A stretch of 6,636 bases of DNA, from IMG/VR virus record IMGVR_UViG_2711768007_000001; one strand, 5' to 3'. Position numbers and translations under genes: made by a program. Position 1 is the stretch's first letter. Each line of letters begins with the position of its first letter. The notes under the pieces were generated by a model. It saw nothing but the letters and a program-made list of their open reading frames with translations, ran no database searches and had not been told where the DNA came from. The DNA comes from a virus (taxonomy: Duplodnaviria > Heunggongvirae > Uroviricota > Caudoviricetes). This document shows, one piece after another, positions 5,638 through 6,636 of the stretch.

Positions 5638-6636
5638 TCTTCTCCTCCTCTGTTGATTGTCGCAGCCCGGATTCAAATGCCGCAGCCGCCCAGGCGGGCG
5701 GTTTAAGACCAGCTGCGCGGCGCTCCATCGTTTCACGGACCTGCTGGGCAAAAATTTCCTGATAGTCGTCACCGCGTTTCGCGCACTCTTTCTCGTAGGT
5801 GCTCAGTCCGGCTTCTATCAGCATCACCGCTTCCTGAACTTCTTTCAGACCATCGATGGCCATACGACCGGAGCCTATCCAGTCGCAGTTCCCCCAGGCA
5901 CTGCGGGCTTCCTGAAAGCTGAAGCGCGCTTTTGAAGGTAACGTCACCACGCGGCGAACGATGGCCTCTTCCAGCCAGCACAGAAACATCTGGCTCGCCT
6001 GACGGGATGCGACGAATTTTCGCCGCCCCATAAAGTACGCCCACGACTCGTTCGCACTGGCCCGTGCCGTGGAGTAGCTCATCTGGGCGTAATTCCGGGA
6101 AAGTTGCTCATACGAGACACCCAGCCCGGCAGCGATATACCGCAACAGTGACTGCTCAAACACGGAGTAGCCGTTATCCGTGTCCTGAGCCGTCTGCAGG
6201 TTCAGTGAGTCCCCCGGCATCAGGTGCGGCACTTTTGCGCCTCCCAGACGGACCGGTGCTGCGGCGTAATACGCGGCAATTTCACCAATCCAGCCCGTCA
6301 GCCTTTCCCGCTGCTCCTTACTGTTCGCGCCCAGAATAAAATCCATCGCTGACTGCGTATCCAGCTCACTTTCAATGGTGGCGGCATACATCGCCTTCAC
6401 AATGGCGCTCTGCAGCTGCGTGTTCTGCAGCGTGTCGAGCATCTTCATCTGCTCCATTACGCTGTAAAACACATTTGCACCGCGGGTCTGCCCGTCCTCC
6501 ACGGGTTCAAAAACGTGAATGAACGAGGCGCGCCCGCCGGGTAACTCACGGGGTATCCATGTCCATTTCTGCGGCATCCAGCCAGGATAGCCGTCCTCGC
6601 TGACGTAATATCCCAGCGCCGCACCGCTGTCATTAA
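5618..6636 (-). CDS. B: Portal protein (lambda gpB-like), 5'-truncated by window edge
   Basis: Minus-strand ORF; translation (..NDSGAALGYYVSEDGYPGWMPQKWTWIPRELPGG...EEEKSDSRAA) matches my recollection of the lambda gpB C-terminal part. The frame stays open upstream of the ORF-track Met to position 6636, so the N-terminus lies outside the window. Stop codon at 5618-5620. Confidence 0.9.
   Translation of the reverse strand, partial: NDSGAALGYYVSEDGYPGWMPQKWTWIPRELPGGRASFIHVFEPVEDGQTRGANVFYSVMEQMKMLDTLQNTQLQSAIVKAMYAATIESELDTQSAMDFILGANSKEQRERLTGWIGEIAAYYAAAPVRLGGAKVPHLMPGDSLNLQTAQDTDNGYSVFEQSLLRYIAAGLGVSYEQLSRNYAQMSYSTARASANESWAYFMGRRKFVASRQASQMFLCWLEEAIVRRVVTLPSKARFSFQEARSAWGNCDWIGSGRMAIDGLKEVQEAVMLIEAGLSTYEKECAKRGDDYQEIFAQQVRETMERRAAGLKPPAWAAAAFESGLRQSTEEEKSDSRAA

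Noticed and set aside
4885-6339. Remaining alternate-frame and N-spanning ORFs around C and B (4885..5154 minus, 5135..5563 plus, 5223..5573 minus, 5238..5591 plus, 5657..5935 plus, 5769..6044 minus, 6064..6339 plus)
   Set aside because: Either artefacts of N translation or frames overlapping the portal and protease genes. The ORF 5236..5772 is used only for its lower part, which is the true C N-terminus from GTG 5637.
1-6636. Defence system, toxin-antitoxin, CRISPR array, tRNA, integrase or other mobile-element boundary
   Set aside because: I searched both strands and found no direct-repeat array, no tRNA-like structure and no non-structural cargo ORF. Every intergenic spacer is 55 nt or less and is accounted for by RBS or hairpin elements of the late operon.

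Overview
The whole window is a phage lambda-type late morphogenesis (head and tail) gene cluster, read entirely on the minus strand, and I found no novel or accessory system in it. From high to low coordinate the genes are: portal B (5' end cut by the window edge), prohead protease C with nested scaffold Nu3, decoration protein D, major capsid protein E, head completion FI and FII, tail completion Z, tail terminator U, major tail tube V, tail assembly chaperone G, and the start of the G-T frameshift extension. Gene order, the intergenic spacer lengths (15, 11, 11, 41, 55 and 9 nt) and the 4-nt Z/U and 20-nt B/C overlaps match what I recall of lambda, so this is lambda or a near-identical lambdoid prophage in reverse orientation. 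Two N-runs (1208..1517 and 5299..5523) hide the 3' part of U plus the U-V junction, and the middle of C. Neither run has the length that lambda colinearity predicts, and C's two visible halves are in different frames, so the runs are best read as gaps of unknown true size. Plus-strand ORFs in the track are antisense shadow ORFs. The points worth a second look are known lambda biology visible in the sequence: the G-T slippery heptamer, the nested Nu3 start, overlapping and GTG starts, and two intergenic hairpins.
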